From NCBI GenBank assembly GCA_032718475.1, contig JAUCBJ010009013.1, positions 1 through 54,668 on the forward strand: a stretch of 54,668 bases of DNA, written 5' to 3'. Below the pieces are notes generated by a model. The model saw only the letters and a program-made list of their open reading frames with translations, did no database searches and was not told the origin of the DNA. The position numbers and the translations under genes are program-made. Within the stretch, counting starts at the first letter, position 1. Each line of letters opens with the position of its first letter. Below are positions 26,101 through 38,321 of the stretch, piece after piece. This DNA is from Nemertoderma westbladi (Eukaryota; Animalia; Xenacoelomorpha).

Positions 26101-27527
26101 ACGGCGAAAGCCAGACTTCTCAAGGAGAGGATAGCGGGAAAGACACTGAAAGATCTTATTATGTCAATAAAACGCCTAAAGACCAGGTAAGTAAATTCAA
26201 GTCTAGAACCAATGACAGGAGAGAACAGGTAAGAAAAACTCCTCCTACGTCTCCCAAGAGAATTCAGGTGAGAAAGCCCGAGGAAAGAACGAACGTGCAC
26301 CACACAGCACATGTTAAAGTAAGTAACATCAAACCCAAATGTGTGCTGTGCGACGGGCCCCACCGCTTGAATATATGCGATGAATTCTTAAAGAAATCAT
26401 TAAAAGAGAGACGGGAAGTCATGTGGGATAAGCGGTTGTGTTATAATTGCCTCAGACGAGGACACCAACGGCGAACCTGTTACTCCGACGCAAGGTGTGC
26501 AAAGTGCGGTGTGAAACATCATATCTTGTTGCACACTGAATTCGAGCGAAATAGTCCGAGTCAGGTGAGTGATTCCGAACTACATGTCCAATTCAGTGAT
26601 GTGAACGACACTGATCAATCTGAGATGGAAGGATTCTATACGGACGAATTCTCCGACCAAAACGAATCCTGTTACTTAATAAACACCACCGCAGTGTATC
26701 GAGCACTCATGTATGAGAAAGACACAGACAGCGACCTCACCCTAACTACTTCAGATCAACAACAATCTTGGAAAGCGCCAACTTCAAATGTAGGAATCCG
26801 AGAATTTCCTGTAGTCCAGTTACGGGTCCACGGACCTCAGAAGAGCTATATAGTGAACGCCCTCCTGGACTCCGGCAGCACAGGAACATTCATCGATAAA
26901 GAACTAGCCGACGACATCTTTGCTGGACAACCCAAGTTCCGAACCAAGCTAAACATGTCAGGGATCATGCAGGTTTGGAAATCTGCTGTGGCTGCCGACT
27001 ATTATATAGGTGAGTTGTCCACTCCACAGGATAAACTAGGAGAATACAGTCTAAGGTCAGTAAAAATGGTGGCAATAAAGAACTTCGCTACCACCCAAGT
27101 GGAACCTTATAATTGGGACGAAGATGATCATGTCCAACAACTTAACATCCCTAGATTCGACACCGATTATCCTGGAGTACAAATATTAATCGGTCAAAAC
27201 GCGCATGAGGCGCTGGAGACATTAGAGAAACGACCTACTCAACCGCAACCACTTCAGACCTATGCGGTAAGAACTAGAGTAGGTTGGTACCTTACTGGAC
27301 CTTCCCGTAGAACGCTCAGAGAAAGACTGCTTCAAGATCGCGTCTGCCAGGTGAGTGAATGGGAAGATGATACTAGTGAGGGAGACGACCCAACTGAGGG
27401 AACACCATACTCCTCAGATAATGACGATATTAGCTCCAATGTAGATCAATGGAGATATTGCCCCAAGAACTCTCCGGGGCGACGGCTCGCTATCCGTCCT
27501 CGTTCTCCGGTCGTTAAAACAATATAA
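23175..27527 (+). CDS. gag: BEL/Pao Gag-protease polyprotein, truncated before RT
   Basis: DUF1759-like KFNGD...W..F...Y; three knuckles (CVLC...H....C, CYNC....H....C, CAKC...HH.LLH); ALLDSGS; ILIG; RTRVGW.L.GP. Uninterrupted 1450 aa. Confidence 0.93.
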   Translation: MSDTKQNLSDSVLDVTICDSDKGVEPSSPKFSSPPTVRKVIPPVVITEPRLVQHRRSIIGTRAQVKRDQEAAEQQQPVSQELITQRPDSSSSEDTVELTPQRGARMTDAVYSDPLLILPAAVLTRLLIAVEEHQIDWARSKRSTKDSYAGYTKEELKSMVESQWNFPGPGLPFDLSEAAWEDIHRMGVAKETIDPAVWKRSAAGYAQGFFSSMEQVEKQLLQQPLGPQEQGQLLYQVRERILRIRLILSAFEEASKRRQDTSLQVAVKTWFQRVSRQVQGTAQWKDQLEERSTHGESTDATFSQVESEATAEKPHKRDAIDIYLSDYQRFVGDEELRRRLEGLSPNSEGAQRVLDAIDVDRLAANQAKFDEQLRIVKVQEEQVKKKRIEDRKKAAEAAAEAKAAAAEAKAAAAAVEAERKAAEAERKIAVAEAERRASEETTQLELENLQERQDNVNKQLTASNMQMMNRSTPKRQGYTSSEEGDTTDTEGKGNRSHLSRRKRTFHRQKLPDLPPAVRRQLNNTNLGSTEPTDQIIKIERLPTIVDEPEIIRPVFEITPSVIDTPVLPEATSKFPLHSTKLSVPSRTAHETVQVLDPERNIHDLSPVVPRPPATTLATPASAVEWVDERRRGMDLLLGQMQETVQQFKGTVRESRLELQEVQQSIALERDKLVNLQKGIPPPPVTMCQPVRSEVSHAQGVEPTRIYTASEVETPIVNPIKGNYRPVDNDIPYRPDHNPRNLYTDNSILNNTMAQESFTRQMARTEARQAVKVGEIVKFNGDEMKWLPFNEYYKDNIQNSVLSNGEKLRFLIECLEGSPKLMALKFIGHPDGLRQVWDTLNIRYGNRNNIAGYLYAKLVAPRKFMSSGIIEFSDEIQEICRQLDWLGKSHEYQSAMVIRAVASTLPKGGVGTRWDKKVLYMMEQQRRDPTMADLMSFLDGEVKLQLLRQSREKTLENKVSEKPVSRRRVTPVCYTDDGESQTSQGEDSGKDTERSYYVNKTPKDQVSKFKSRTNDRREQVRKTPPTSPKRIQVRKPEERTNVHHTAHVKVSNIKPKCVLCDGPHRLNICDEFLKKSLKERREVMWDKRLCYNCLRRGHQRRTCYSDARCAKCGVKHHILLHTEFERNSPSQVSDSELHVQFSDVNDTDQSEMEGFYTDEFSDQNESCYLINTTAVYRALMYEKDTDSDLTLTTSDQQQSWKAPTSNVGIREFPVVQLRVHGPQKSYIVNALLDSGSTGTFIDKELADDIFAGQPKFRTKLNMSGIMQVWKSAVAADYYIGELSTPQDKLGEYSLRSVKMVAIKNFATTQVEPYNWDEDDHVQQLNIPRFDTDYPGVQILIGQNAHEALETLEKRPTQPQPLQTYAVRTRVGWYLTGPSRRTLRERLLQDRVCQVSEWEDDTSEGDDPTEGTPYSSDNDDISSNVDQWRYCPKNSPGRRLAIRPRSPVVKTI

Positions 27528-27616
27528 AACATATATAGATTAAATGTGTATACAAACTAGGGATAAAAGAAGATATAATGAGGAAAAGCAATGAGCAGAT
27601 GGCTAGTCTGTTGTTT

Positions 27617-28276
27617 TCACTTCTTCATTTTGGCCCTGGCTCCAGGCCCAGTACCTCTGTTCATAGGTGGAAGTTGTTGATGTCTCGCAAATCCATCTGC
27701 ATTAACCATAAGGGCATCTGTGTTTCCCATGCCACCCAATCCAATATCTTCTTTGCCGCCCATGGCTCCTTGGATGTTGTCATCACTAGTGTCTACATCA
27801 TCCTCATGTTGGTTTTCATCATTGCTGTCACTCATGTTTTCATTGATCTCCTCATCTTCTTCAGGGAATTCTTCTCCATTCAAGACTCTCAGTTGTAAAA
27901 TAAGGTTGTTCATGTGCTCTCTCACGACATTGTCCTCAGCCCTTTGTTCCCTGGCAGCCGGTTCCTGCTGGCCTTGTTGTTGTTCTGCATTGTCACCTAC
28001 TGCAAAAACAACATTGCTTAAGGCTCCTTTAGGTATTCTTACTTTATTCTTGTGAAAATTGGGACAGTTGCCAGTTGAAGCGAGCTGATGTACAACATGT
28101 TCTTGGTGCGATGTGGACTCTTTGTCCCCGCTTGCTGGCTTCATCTCTTGTAGTCTGGCTATGGCCTTGAATCTTTCTTCAATGTTCAATCCAACTAGGA
28201 TCAATTCACTTCCTGTCAGCTCATAGCAAGAGGCACCCATGATAAATCGGTTTAAGGACATCTCCGCCGGGTTCAC
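27617..28276 (-). other. Non-TE ORF with an acidic tail; candidate negative-strand RNA virus nucleoprotein C-terminal fragment
   Basis: Open 219-aa frame with a helical-looking first half and a D/E/N/G-rich tail, starting abruptly where the BEL integrase stops. The viral assignment is by loose resemblance only. Confidence 0.35.
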
Positions 28277-31200
28277 TATCTGGAATTAGACCTGGAAGGT
28301 CAGTCAGACGATATCCACTTAATAATTGTGACGGTGTGATGGGATGAAGATCTTTAACATCAGAAGTCACGTAAGTGAGATGTCTATCATTTAAAGATGC
28401 CTCTATTTCAATAATAATCATGCGAAGCTCATCGAGTTTCACCCGAGCATTTCCTAGGACACGTTTGAGGCAGGTTTTAGTTGAACGAATCAAGCGTTCC
28501 CACATTCCACCAAACCAAGGGGATGCTTGCAGTATAAACTTCCATTCTAGGTGTCTATCAGCTAAATATTGTTGTACTTTCAAGTCTGTTTGTATACTTA
28601 AAAGAACATCTCTAGACGAAGTGAAAGTAGATGCATTATCACTCAACATAAGTGACGGATAACCTCGTCTGCCAACAAAGGAACGAAATGCAAGAATAAA
28701 CTGTAAGGGAGTATTGTCTGAAACTAACTCTAAGTGGATTGCTCTCGTTGACGTACAAGTAAATAACGCAATATATACTTTACGTCTTAAATTCCTATCT
28801 TTAACAAGTACAGCCCCGGTGTAATCAACACCAACAGTATTATATGGTCGTTGAGGCTTAACTCTTTATGGCGGTAAGGGTGGAACTGGTGGTGTACCAT
28901 AAGGCTTACCCTGAACTTTTAGACATGGGACACATTTACGAATAATCGAATGGACTCATTGCCGAATACAAGGAATCCACCATCATTGACGTATATAAGC
29001 GATAGTACTTTGTGTACCTTCATGAAGATTCCTAATATGGGCTTCTTGTATAACAAGCTTAGTGAAGATATGGTTCTTTGGAAGTAATATCGGATACTTC
29101 GACTCTATGGAGATATGTGAATTTGAAATTCTACCACTACTCTTAATTATATTATTATCTAAATAGAGCTTCAATTGCTTTACAAGGGATGGCACTTTAG
29201 TAGTATTAGTTGTCTTATTAAGCAAGAACTGAATTTTGTCACTGAATGATTCACCTTGGACTTGACGCACCCACCAAAGCTCAGCTGCTACATACTCAAT
29301 TGCGGTGAGGAACTGTTTCTTCACCATGAGACTAGAAGAAGTATCATTCTTTGAAAATACACTTTATTTTAGATTACAAATAAATCTCAAAACCCAACCT
29401 GTTACTCGTAACAAGCGGTTGTAATTACTGAATGATTCCAAGGAAATAGCTAAAGGTTGTCGAGTTTCAGTTACTACCCCAACCATGTTAGCTGTAATAT
29501 CATGAGCACTAATATCTTCAATACCAGAAAAGAGTTTCTGTTCGGGCCAATCAGTAGGCGTAGACAACCATTGTGGACCATGCCACCATAGAGTTGAGGA
29601 TTGCAGAGAATTGGATGATGTACCCCTAGAGAGGAGGTCAGCAGGGTTATCCTTACTCTGTACATGTTGAATCTTAGTATTAGGTACAGTAGACTTTATA
29701 AGACGATTTATTTCAGATGCACGTCTTTCAACATAATTCTTTAACGGTTTGGTAGTTACTATCCAATACTGGACGATTTCACTGTCAGTCCAAAGGAAGT
29801 AATTAACTGACTGGGAACAGATATTTCCATAGACATTTACAACGTAGGACAATAAACGCATACCAACATTTACTGCAGTGAGTTCCATTTGTGGAGTAGT
29901 GGTAATGGTGTCGGAAGAAGATTACTGGGCACCTTTTCTAATTATACCTCGTTTCTTTAACGGTATTACCTTATCTTTAGAAATAACCAGTTGGGGTTTA
30001 CTGGAATCATTAGTTACATAAATAACAGCACCATATGCTTTTGAAGAAGCATCGGTAAATACGTAGAAGGAACATTCTGGACCAATGGGCTCTAACTGAC
30101 AGGGGATACTACACTTAAATATGGAATACATATTAGTAGCAATAGTTTGCCATTTACTTATATAGTCGGGTCCTAATTTCTCATTCCAATGACATTGTGA
30201 TTTCCATAAATCTTGAATAAATTATACGAGAAGTGATTGTGACAGGGTTAAAAATTCCAAGAGGGTCAAAATATTTCGCAGTGTGACTCACTACCATTCG
30301 TTTAGTTAGATAGTCAGCTGGTTCAAATACATGATTCTTAAATTCTAGAACATCCTGAGAAACATTCCATCTCAATCCAAGAACTTTAGCAATATTACTT
30401 GAGGATTTGGGATTGTCACCATTTGTAGTAATTATTTTCGATAATTGAGGACTGTTAGTAATCCACTCTCTAAGAGGGAGTTTAGCCTTTGAAAATATTT
30501 CTATACAATCGTAATAATACTGAATAATTTCAGACTCGGTAGAAAAAATACCTTGTAGGTTATCTATATATAAATTCTGGAGAATTTTCTTAGCTACGGG
30601 AGATAAGTATCTACCTAAATGCTCACGAATTGTAGCATTCAGAAGGTACTGACTACAGGTTGCTCCGAAGAGTACAACTTTAAATCTATAAGTAACGAGT
30701 TTACTATTAGTGTTAAATGGATTGGATGGCCATAAAAATCTGGTCGCATCACGATCAGTAACATTTAAACTTAAATGTAAGTAGGCTTTTTCGATGTCAG
30801 CCAACACAACATAAACAAATATTCGAAATAGTAATACACAAGTTATGAGTTCTGGAGTAAAACACTGACCGGTATATAAACAGTCGTTTAAACTGGGTGA
30901 CTTAGGCCCTTCCTTAGCGGAACAGTCAAAAACTATCCTTAAAGGAGTTGTTATGGATTCTGGCTTCTCACTCCGTGATGAGCCAAATAATGCACACAAA
31001 TCGGTATTTTAACATTATCTACTGGTAATAATTCAATAAAGTTACGTTTCAATTGATCTTGTATAACATTATGGTATGCAGAAAGTAAATCGGGTCTCTT
31101 TCTTAATTTAGTCAGAGTGAAACACAACCGTTTATAAGCCAAATTATAATTATTCGGCAATTTGGGATGATTGGGTCGCCATGGTAACTACACACAATAA

Positions 31201-32906
31201 CTGCCATTCATAAATTTCAAAGTTTCTTGAAATTTAGAATTAACAACTTCATCTACGGGATTTGGTGTATCGGTACAAATACCAATACTATCTAAATCCC
31301 ATAAACGACATAGTAACATATCTAGATTATCATGAGATTCAATAGCACCAACTGATAGTACAGAAGAAGCTACATTAGTTGTAATAACAGAAATATCTGG
31401 ATCACTACAATCAATAGTGGTACAGGCCATGGGAATTCTGCCTGCAATAACTTCACCAAAAATAGACACGATATAAACCACTGGGTAACTTATCCGCATA
31501 TACAAATTCATAATAGTAATCAATACCAATAATAATAGATATATCACTTAAATTATCACCTGGTAAGGGGTCTGCTAATATTATACCTTTGAGATAAATA
31601 TTATCTAAAGCACGTGTACGACCAGGTACTATAAAACGTGGAGGTAGGGAATTAACCAAAAACGCAAAGACTGTTATACGTTTCTTTTGAGTAGAAACCT
31701 CAAACATAACAATCTCATAAAGTTGTTGTTCACCTAACACATTAACACCATCGATACTAGTGTATATACGATCTACTACAGGTAAATCAAATAAAGTGGC
31801 TAATTTACTTAACATCAGAGTCCTCTGAGACCCTGTATCTAATAATGCCCGAACTTTAGAAATCGATTCATCTTTACTCCATATCGGTATATATGCTGTA
31901 GGCACAAGTGAAGAATATTTGGTGTTAAATCCAGACTTATTAGCTACCGCAGATGACACTACATTATCAGCAATATTAGAATTATCTACACTAGATGATG
32001 CTTCGCTTTGGTTATTTGCACTAGAATTGCTATTGCTTGCAACTTTATTATGTGGTTTAGGTCTATTGTTACGATCCAAATGTAATAATGTATGGTGGTT
32101 TTTATGACAAATTCCACAAACATTAGAATTAGGACAGGAAGTTCCTCTTTCATGATTGGGTCGCAAGCAATTAGTGCATAATTTTAATTCTTTAACACGG
32201 TAATATCTATTCTGAGGAGTATTATATCTATACAGGAAACACGACACTTTAAATTTATTAAATTGTGACCGCTTTCCATCTGAAGTTTGGGCGATAGGTA
32301 ATGAGGTTGCAGTACCGGTACCCATCTGATATAGCGATTTATCGTAAGGGCAATTTATCGCCTTCGGTGTCGGCAGCAAGTAGTTGCTCAATTTCCTGCT
32401 GTAAAGCAGTCCGTAGTGAATCTAGCTCCCAACAGGTGGCGTGGGCTGCATGGTTAATGTCGTTGCGAACTTTAGACGGTAACTTCCTGACCAAAAATGC
32501 AGCAAACACGAAACCAGCACCTTCTACATCAGCGCCCAGATGTTTCAATCCACGGAGGTGGGATTCATAGACTGCGTGGAAAGTCGTTAAATCTTCCATA
32601 CTCGCATCTGGTTCCTCTATATCAAATAGAGCGTTTAGGCTTTCTTACCATACGTTTCCTCTAATAATTTAACAGCCTCGACATAGTCTGAGTCTGTCCG
32701 ATGAAAGCCAGCGACCATTTTCGCAGCATTGCCGCTTAGCTGGCCTTCTAAATAATTGAACTTGGTGGCACTGCCAATTTCAGAACGGCAGTGCACTGCG
32801 TCACAAAAGCGGTCCCAACAATAGGGCCAGTCTAAAACGTCTCCAGAAAACGTAGGTAGTTTTAGAAAACGTAGGTAGCCACATCCTATATTCACAATAG
32901 CCCTTC

Positions 32907-32924
32907 ATCCGGGTCCAGGCACCA
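32907..32924 (-). promoter_or_regulatory. Primer-binding site, tRNA-His-like
   Basis: TGGTGCCTGGACCCGGAT lies 3 nt after the LTR end and resembles the complement of the tRNA-His 3' end (TGGTGCCGTGACCCGGAT, from memory). Confidence 0.75.
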
Positions 32925-32927
32925 AAA

Positions 32928-33413
32928 TGTTATGGATTGACCAAAACATGAAAATAAATAGATATATAAAATCTTATTATATTTTCCGAGAATACCGAGC
33001 CTACTTCATTTCATAAATCAGTATATCACACAACTGAAATACTAACAGAAATCAGATCTTATATTGCAGTATCTGACTAACGATACCGGTAATCACTGAA
33101 TAACTAAAAGAACTACAGTATGAAAAAGGGTCCCCTGTAAATGCAATATATTTTGCACAGCGGCAGACTATGGATCTTCAGACTACTTATTCTATGTCTC
33201 CGTAAAAGATATGGCCTATGCCGTAGTAGATGCCTACCGAGTTTAAACCTATTCGGAATGAAAATAACAAAGTTAGAGAAGATGTTAATTTTCAGATCAT
33301 ACGCCCTCTAGCGGCAGACTATGGAACTGCAGATGGCTGAATATAGGTAAGTGTAATTAGTAATCAGAGGTGTCACGAGAGGGGGGGGGGGGGGGGGGGA
33401 GCGCTTGGATACA
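32928..33413 (-). repeat. 5' LTR of BEL element 2
   Basis: On -, it runs TGTATCC...CCATAACA followed by TTT and the PBS. Confidence 0.7.
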
Positions 33414-33424
33414 ACTATTATTAA

Positions 33425-36270
33425 TAAGCTGAGCCCAGCGTCCGGCCGATCAGGATCGGTGAAGTTCTGTACCGGCTCACCACGAACTGCCTCACCTCGG
33501 CCACTAAAATGGACTTTATAACTGAGTGTGGGGCGGACCAGCTCTGTGCAGGAGTGAAGGCTGGGATTGAAGGCGCGGTCCACGCGATGTCAGCGATGTT
33601 TGAGCAACCCTCCACCGAGTGTATGCTCCTCGATGACGCCGCAAATGCCTTCAACAGCCTGAGTTGTCCTGTGGCCTTGTGGAACGCGCGCGTTTACTGG
33701 AACCGGTGCTCCCGGTACCTGTATAACGCTTATAATGGCCACACAGCCCTCTACCTACAGGGGTCTAGAAAACCACTGTGGAGTAGGGAGGGCTATACGC
33801 AGGGCGACCCGGCCGCCATGCTGGGCTATGGCTGTGGGACTCTCCCCATGGTCCGCTCGCTGAGGGAAGTCGGATCACTAACGCCCTCTAGCGATCCGCC
33901 ACCCTGCAACCTGCCACTAAGACTCAGTGATCCGCCACCCGGTGACCCGCCATCCAGCGATCCGCCACCCAGAGACCCGTCGTCCAGCGTCCCGCAATCC
34001 AGCGACCAGAAACCCAGAGATCCGTCGTCAGACGACCCGCAATCCGGCGAACCGCCACCCGGAGACCCGCCACCCTGCGACCCGCCACCCGGTGACATGC
34101 CACCCTTCGACCCGCTACCGGCCACCCGCCACTTGGCGACCCACCATCCGTCGACCCACCATCCGGCGACACGCCATCCATTGACCCGCCACCCGGCGAA
34201 CCGCCACCACCCTTATGACCCGCCACTCAGACTCGGTGACCCACCACTCAGACTCGGTGATCCGCCACCTGGCGACCCGCCAACGAGGCACCTGCCACAC
34301 AGAGACCCGCCACCCTGCGACCCGCGACCCAGAGACCCACTATCCGCCAATACGCCACCCAGAGACCTGCTACCCGTCAACACGCAACCCTGCTACCCAC
34401 CACCCAGAGACCCGCCACCTGTAAGTACCACCTGCTGGCAAAAGCAGTGTTGGTACGCTGATGACGCCTCGTCAGCGGGGTCCGTCGCCGGAGTGTGGGA
34501 ATGGTGGGAGGAGCTGCGCCACTGTGGACCCCGAATTGGCTACAAACCGGAGCCCGCAAAGAGCTACCTTGTTGTAAAACCGGAGTACGCGAGGAGGGCG
34601 ATGGAGGTGTTCGGGGATTCTGGAGTCCGGATCGTATCCGGCCACCGTTTCCTCGGTGGTTACATGGGGGACTCCCAGGGACTGCGGGAGTTCATAGCGG
34701 AGAAAGTGGCGGGGTGTGTTGCGAGTATCGCCCAGGTCTCCGAGGTGGCTTAGGAGTACCTGCAGACCGCCCACACTGGTATGTCCCGCTGCATCCAGGC
34801 GGAGTGGGACTGACTACCTACTCCAGGTGGTGGAGACAAGGGACGAGGATCTGGAGCCAATCCGCCAGGAGCTGTTGCGGCGCTTCATCCCGGCCCTCTT
34901 TGGGACTTCCCCCAGATCAGTGGATGAGGAGCTCGTCCTCCTTCCTGTCCGCCATGGTGGGATCGGGATCCGGGACCCCCTGATGCGGAGGGTTCACGCG
35001 AGGGAGGCGTCGCTATCTGGGACTGCTGGGGTGGTCGAGGCACTGACGACTGGTTGTCCCCTTAACGTTGCTGACCACTCCGCCTGCCTCGCCTCCGCGT
35101 TGGCTGCGAGTCGCGTCGCCCAGGACGCCACCTATAAGGCAGCGATGGAGTCCGCCATCCAATCCGTCCCAGCCGAAAGGCGCCGTACTGTGGACTGTAC
35201 GGTGTCCCACAAGACGGGTGGGTGGCCGTCGGCGCGCCCTCCGTGGTCAATAACACTGACCTGGCCCCGGAGGTGTTCCGAGACAACCTCGTGCTGAGGT
35301 ACGGCCTCACGCCGCCCGGCCTCCCGGCGAAGTGTGAGGGGTGTGGGGAGCCATTTACGACAACCCACGCCCTGAACTGCAAGTCGGGTGGCCTGATTAT
35401 AAAGCAGCACGATGAGGTCCGGGAGGTCTTCAGGGTCCTTATCGCCTCTGCCTTTGGTGGGTCGTGTGTGCAGCGTGAAGTCACGCCAGTGCACCGGCTA
35501 CCAGGACAGAAGGGGCTGCGAGGTGGGAGGAGTTAGGGCTGATCTCCTGGCGAGGGGAGTCTGGACCGAGCAGAGGGTGGCGTCTTTCGATATTGCAATC
35601 ATAAACGCCGACGCCCCCTCATATGCTCACCGGTCCTTGGACTCTGTCCTCGAGCAGTGAGTCCGAGCCAAGAAGGTGCACTATAGCGCGGTGTGCGAGG
35701 ATAGAAGGTTCTCCTTCACCCCCCTTGTCGGAACCACCGATGGGGTGTGGTGCAAGGAGACCGATACCTTCATCAGCCACCTCGCTGAGACCCTTGTGGC
35801 TCGGCGGCAGGGGATGCGGGATCGTGGCCTAGCCTGCGTTCTCGGGGGAGTTCGGAGGCGGCTTCAGTTCGCGCTCCTCCGCTCCAACTCCTTCTGTTTG
35901 CGTGGTGGACGGCGTCCCTGGAGGGCGCTGGGCTTTGGGGATGGTGCGGGTCTGCGTGGGAATGACCTCGCAGACCATTATTAATTCACGGTGCACCATT
36001 TTTAATTGTATGTTAAATTTTATTGTCTTAATTGTTTTGTTCTGATTGGTGGTGGGATGCTGGTGCAGTTTTATATTTAATTTTGGTTTTATGGATTTGG
36101 ATATTATACTAGTTTTTCTTATATTATTATATTATATATTATTTATATTATATAATAATAATATAATATAGTAATATAATATAATATATTTAATAAACTA
36201 TAATGTAATAATAACTATAATTATAATAATTTTATCATTTATTTGTGCAATAATGATAATATAATGTTTC
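33425..36270 (+). mobile_element. CRE-like non-LTR retrotransposon (RT plus restriction-like endonuclease), 5'-truncated and frameshifted
   Basis: VRPI.IGEVL.RL, QLCAG...G.E.AVH, DAANAFNSL, QGDP, WYADD, LPVRHGGIGI, CEGC...H...C, RAD...FD, and an AT-rich tail after 35984. GC-rich against its flanks. Confidence 0.9.
33885..34420 (+). repeat. ~15-bp degenerate tandem repeat (GACCCGCCACCC...) encoding DPPP
   Basis: Visible in both the DNA and the 414-aa ORF, between QGDP and YADD. Confidence 0.9.
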
Positions 36271-38321
36271 GTATTGTGCAGAACTAGACCTCAAGGCCTC
36301 GTTGGCGGCTCCTTAACCAACTTTTCATATTAATTCTAATTGAATATAGTAAAATTTATAGCTTGGTCATTTTCTGACCCATCCGCTCAGGCTGGGTTAT
36401 GGGGGAACTAAAATAACAAACGTAACATAAAGTACTTTAATTTATAGATTTTATTCCATAACAGGCCCTAAAGTACCGAACGCACATATGATTACATATA
36501 GGCCTAATATGATTACATAACTACTACTCACACATTCGGTACTACCCTAGCGAATAAAAGTAAAGTTAATGTAGTAAATAAATATTGTGACTAAGTTTAT
36601 ATAAATTACTTATCTTTTACCTCTATCCTTAAAAAAAGGCTCGCATATCAGGTTTGATTAAAAATTAGTTAACACTTAACAAGCGATAGCCAAGTCTGCA
36701 ATACAGTTTCAATTTTCTATCCCATCTAACGTTATTTATCGTTTAAGACAAACATCCCATCATCATAAAGGGCCCATCCCAGATAGCCCAATAACAAGGA
36801 AGCAGCCCCTAAGGGAATTTAAGACGAAATTCAAGAAGAATGAAAAAGCGAGGGTATGTATGTACCGTACAGCACACTTACTTGTACAGTATAGATAAAA
36901 ATATTATTTATGTCCTCTTGTTTTACTCATTATGCCCCTTTTATTATTTTAAATGTCCCCCTTTTTATTACTTTTTTGTAATAAAAGAGCCTTTTTACTC
37001 ATTACATCCTTTTTTTAAAAATGTACTGTACCTGTACCGGCGGTACAGTACCTTCTACTACACCGCATCAGCATAATTAATTAACTACAGTTATGTTCTC
37101 AATTAAAGTCCATTCTTCAATCTGTTCAATCTGCTCAATTTCATCAATCTGGAAATATCTTTCATGACGCCGCAGGTTTCTAGCCAACTGAGTGATTGAC
37201 AGGCGGACATGGTTGGCTCCCCAAAATAGAGCCGTTGGATTAAAAGAGATTATTGCAGGGATCAGATAATTATGGGGCAATTACAAGCAAATAAAGTACA
37301 TGTTGTAAGCATAATTATTTATAACTTTTACAAATTAAATGTTTTACTCACTGATTACATTTGGACTAGCTAATAAAGAGATCATTCCATAAATATAATT
37401 AATTATGAACAAGAGCAATTATTTTTTGTTTGAATATTATTTATAGGTAACAATTAATCTATCAAACATTCGCAGGGGCAGGGGTCTGTTTTAATATAGA
37501 TTGCAAGGGAGGGCGGGAAACAATAAGTAACAAAAAATGGCAACATAATCGATAGGGATAGACGCTTTAGTGCGAACTGCGCTGGGTGAAAATCATATTT
37601 AACCTACCTTATGTAACCGCCCCCGTCCATGCCTAACTTTACTTCCTACACTCACATCTATCTATCTATACATGCGGGTATGCGGCCCACAGAAAAGACA
37701 AGTCTTTCCTACTGTACTTATCAATTTCCTCTTGCTGCATAGACTATTGTCTAAGCAAGGGGATTATTATGATACTCGTTAACTCGTTACACAGTTTGTA
37801 CAGTCTACACGGCGATTTCTTGACATTCAATAGGTAGCCTACGTAGAATACGATGTATTAACCAGCATGGCCTGGCCATGGCATGTCCAGGCCTACTGCA
37901 CGTGGCGGCCAAACGTGGGGGGGAATTTCCTACTCCCTGCAATCCCATTAGCCCTTATCGCTACGGCCAGGCCTCTCTGGGCGAGCGGTGGTGGTTCATT
38001 GGAGCAGGTGCCTCAAGTCTATATAACGAATATGGTGGAATATAGCGATTAAACAAAGTAACACGTTCGTGGGGCCTTCGCGCAGCACGAGGCCCAGTTA
38101 TGAGATACAAATTAAAACTGAGCGACTGTATCACAAAATCAGTATTTGAGAAATTTACCCACACCACCAATCAATTAAAGAAAGGGGTACAGTACGTGTT
38201 CAGCCCTTTTAATCTGCACCCCCCCCCCCCCCCTTCCCACCCACCAATACATAACCGTGACATCTACCACCCACGGAAGGGTAGCACGAACTTATTTCCA
38301 ATCGCACGTTCAATTTGCAAA

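Larger units (their letters stand above)
28277..33413 (-). mobile_element. BEL/Pao LTR retrotransposon 2, degraded and 3'-truncated
   Basis: Gag LPTFSGD...W, knuckles, RALLDTGSQRT, RT (RIVFDCS, ADIEKAY, FG..CS, YIDN), RNase H FTDAS.KAYGAV and NPAD..SRG, integrase SDNA..F and PWFGG.WERLI. Confidence 0.95.

Noticed and set aside
33826-35494. Many overlapping alternative-frame and antisense ORFs
   Set aside because: Shadow ORFs of GC-rich, repetitive retrotransposon sequence.
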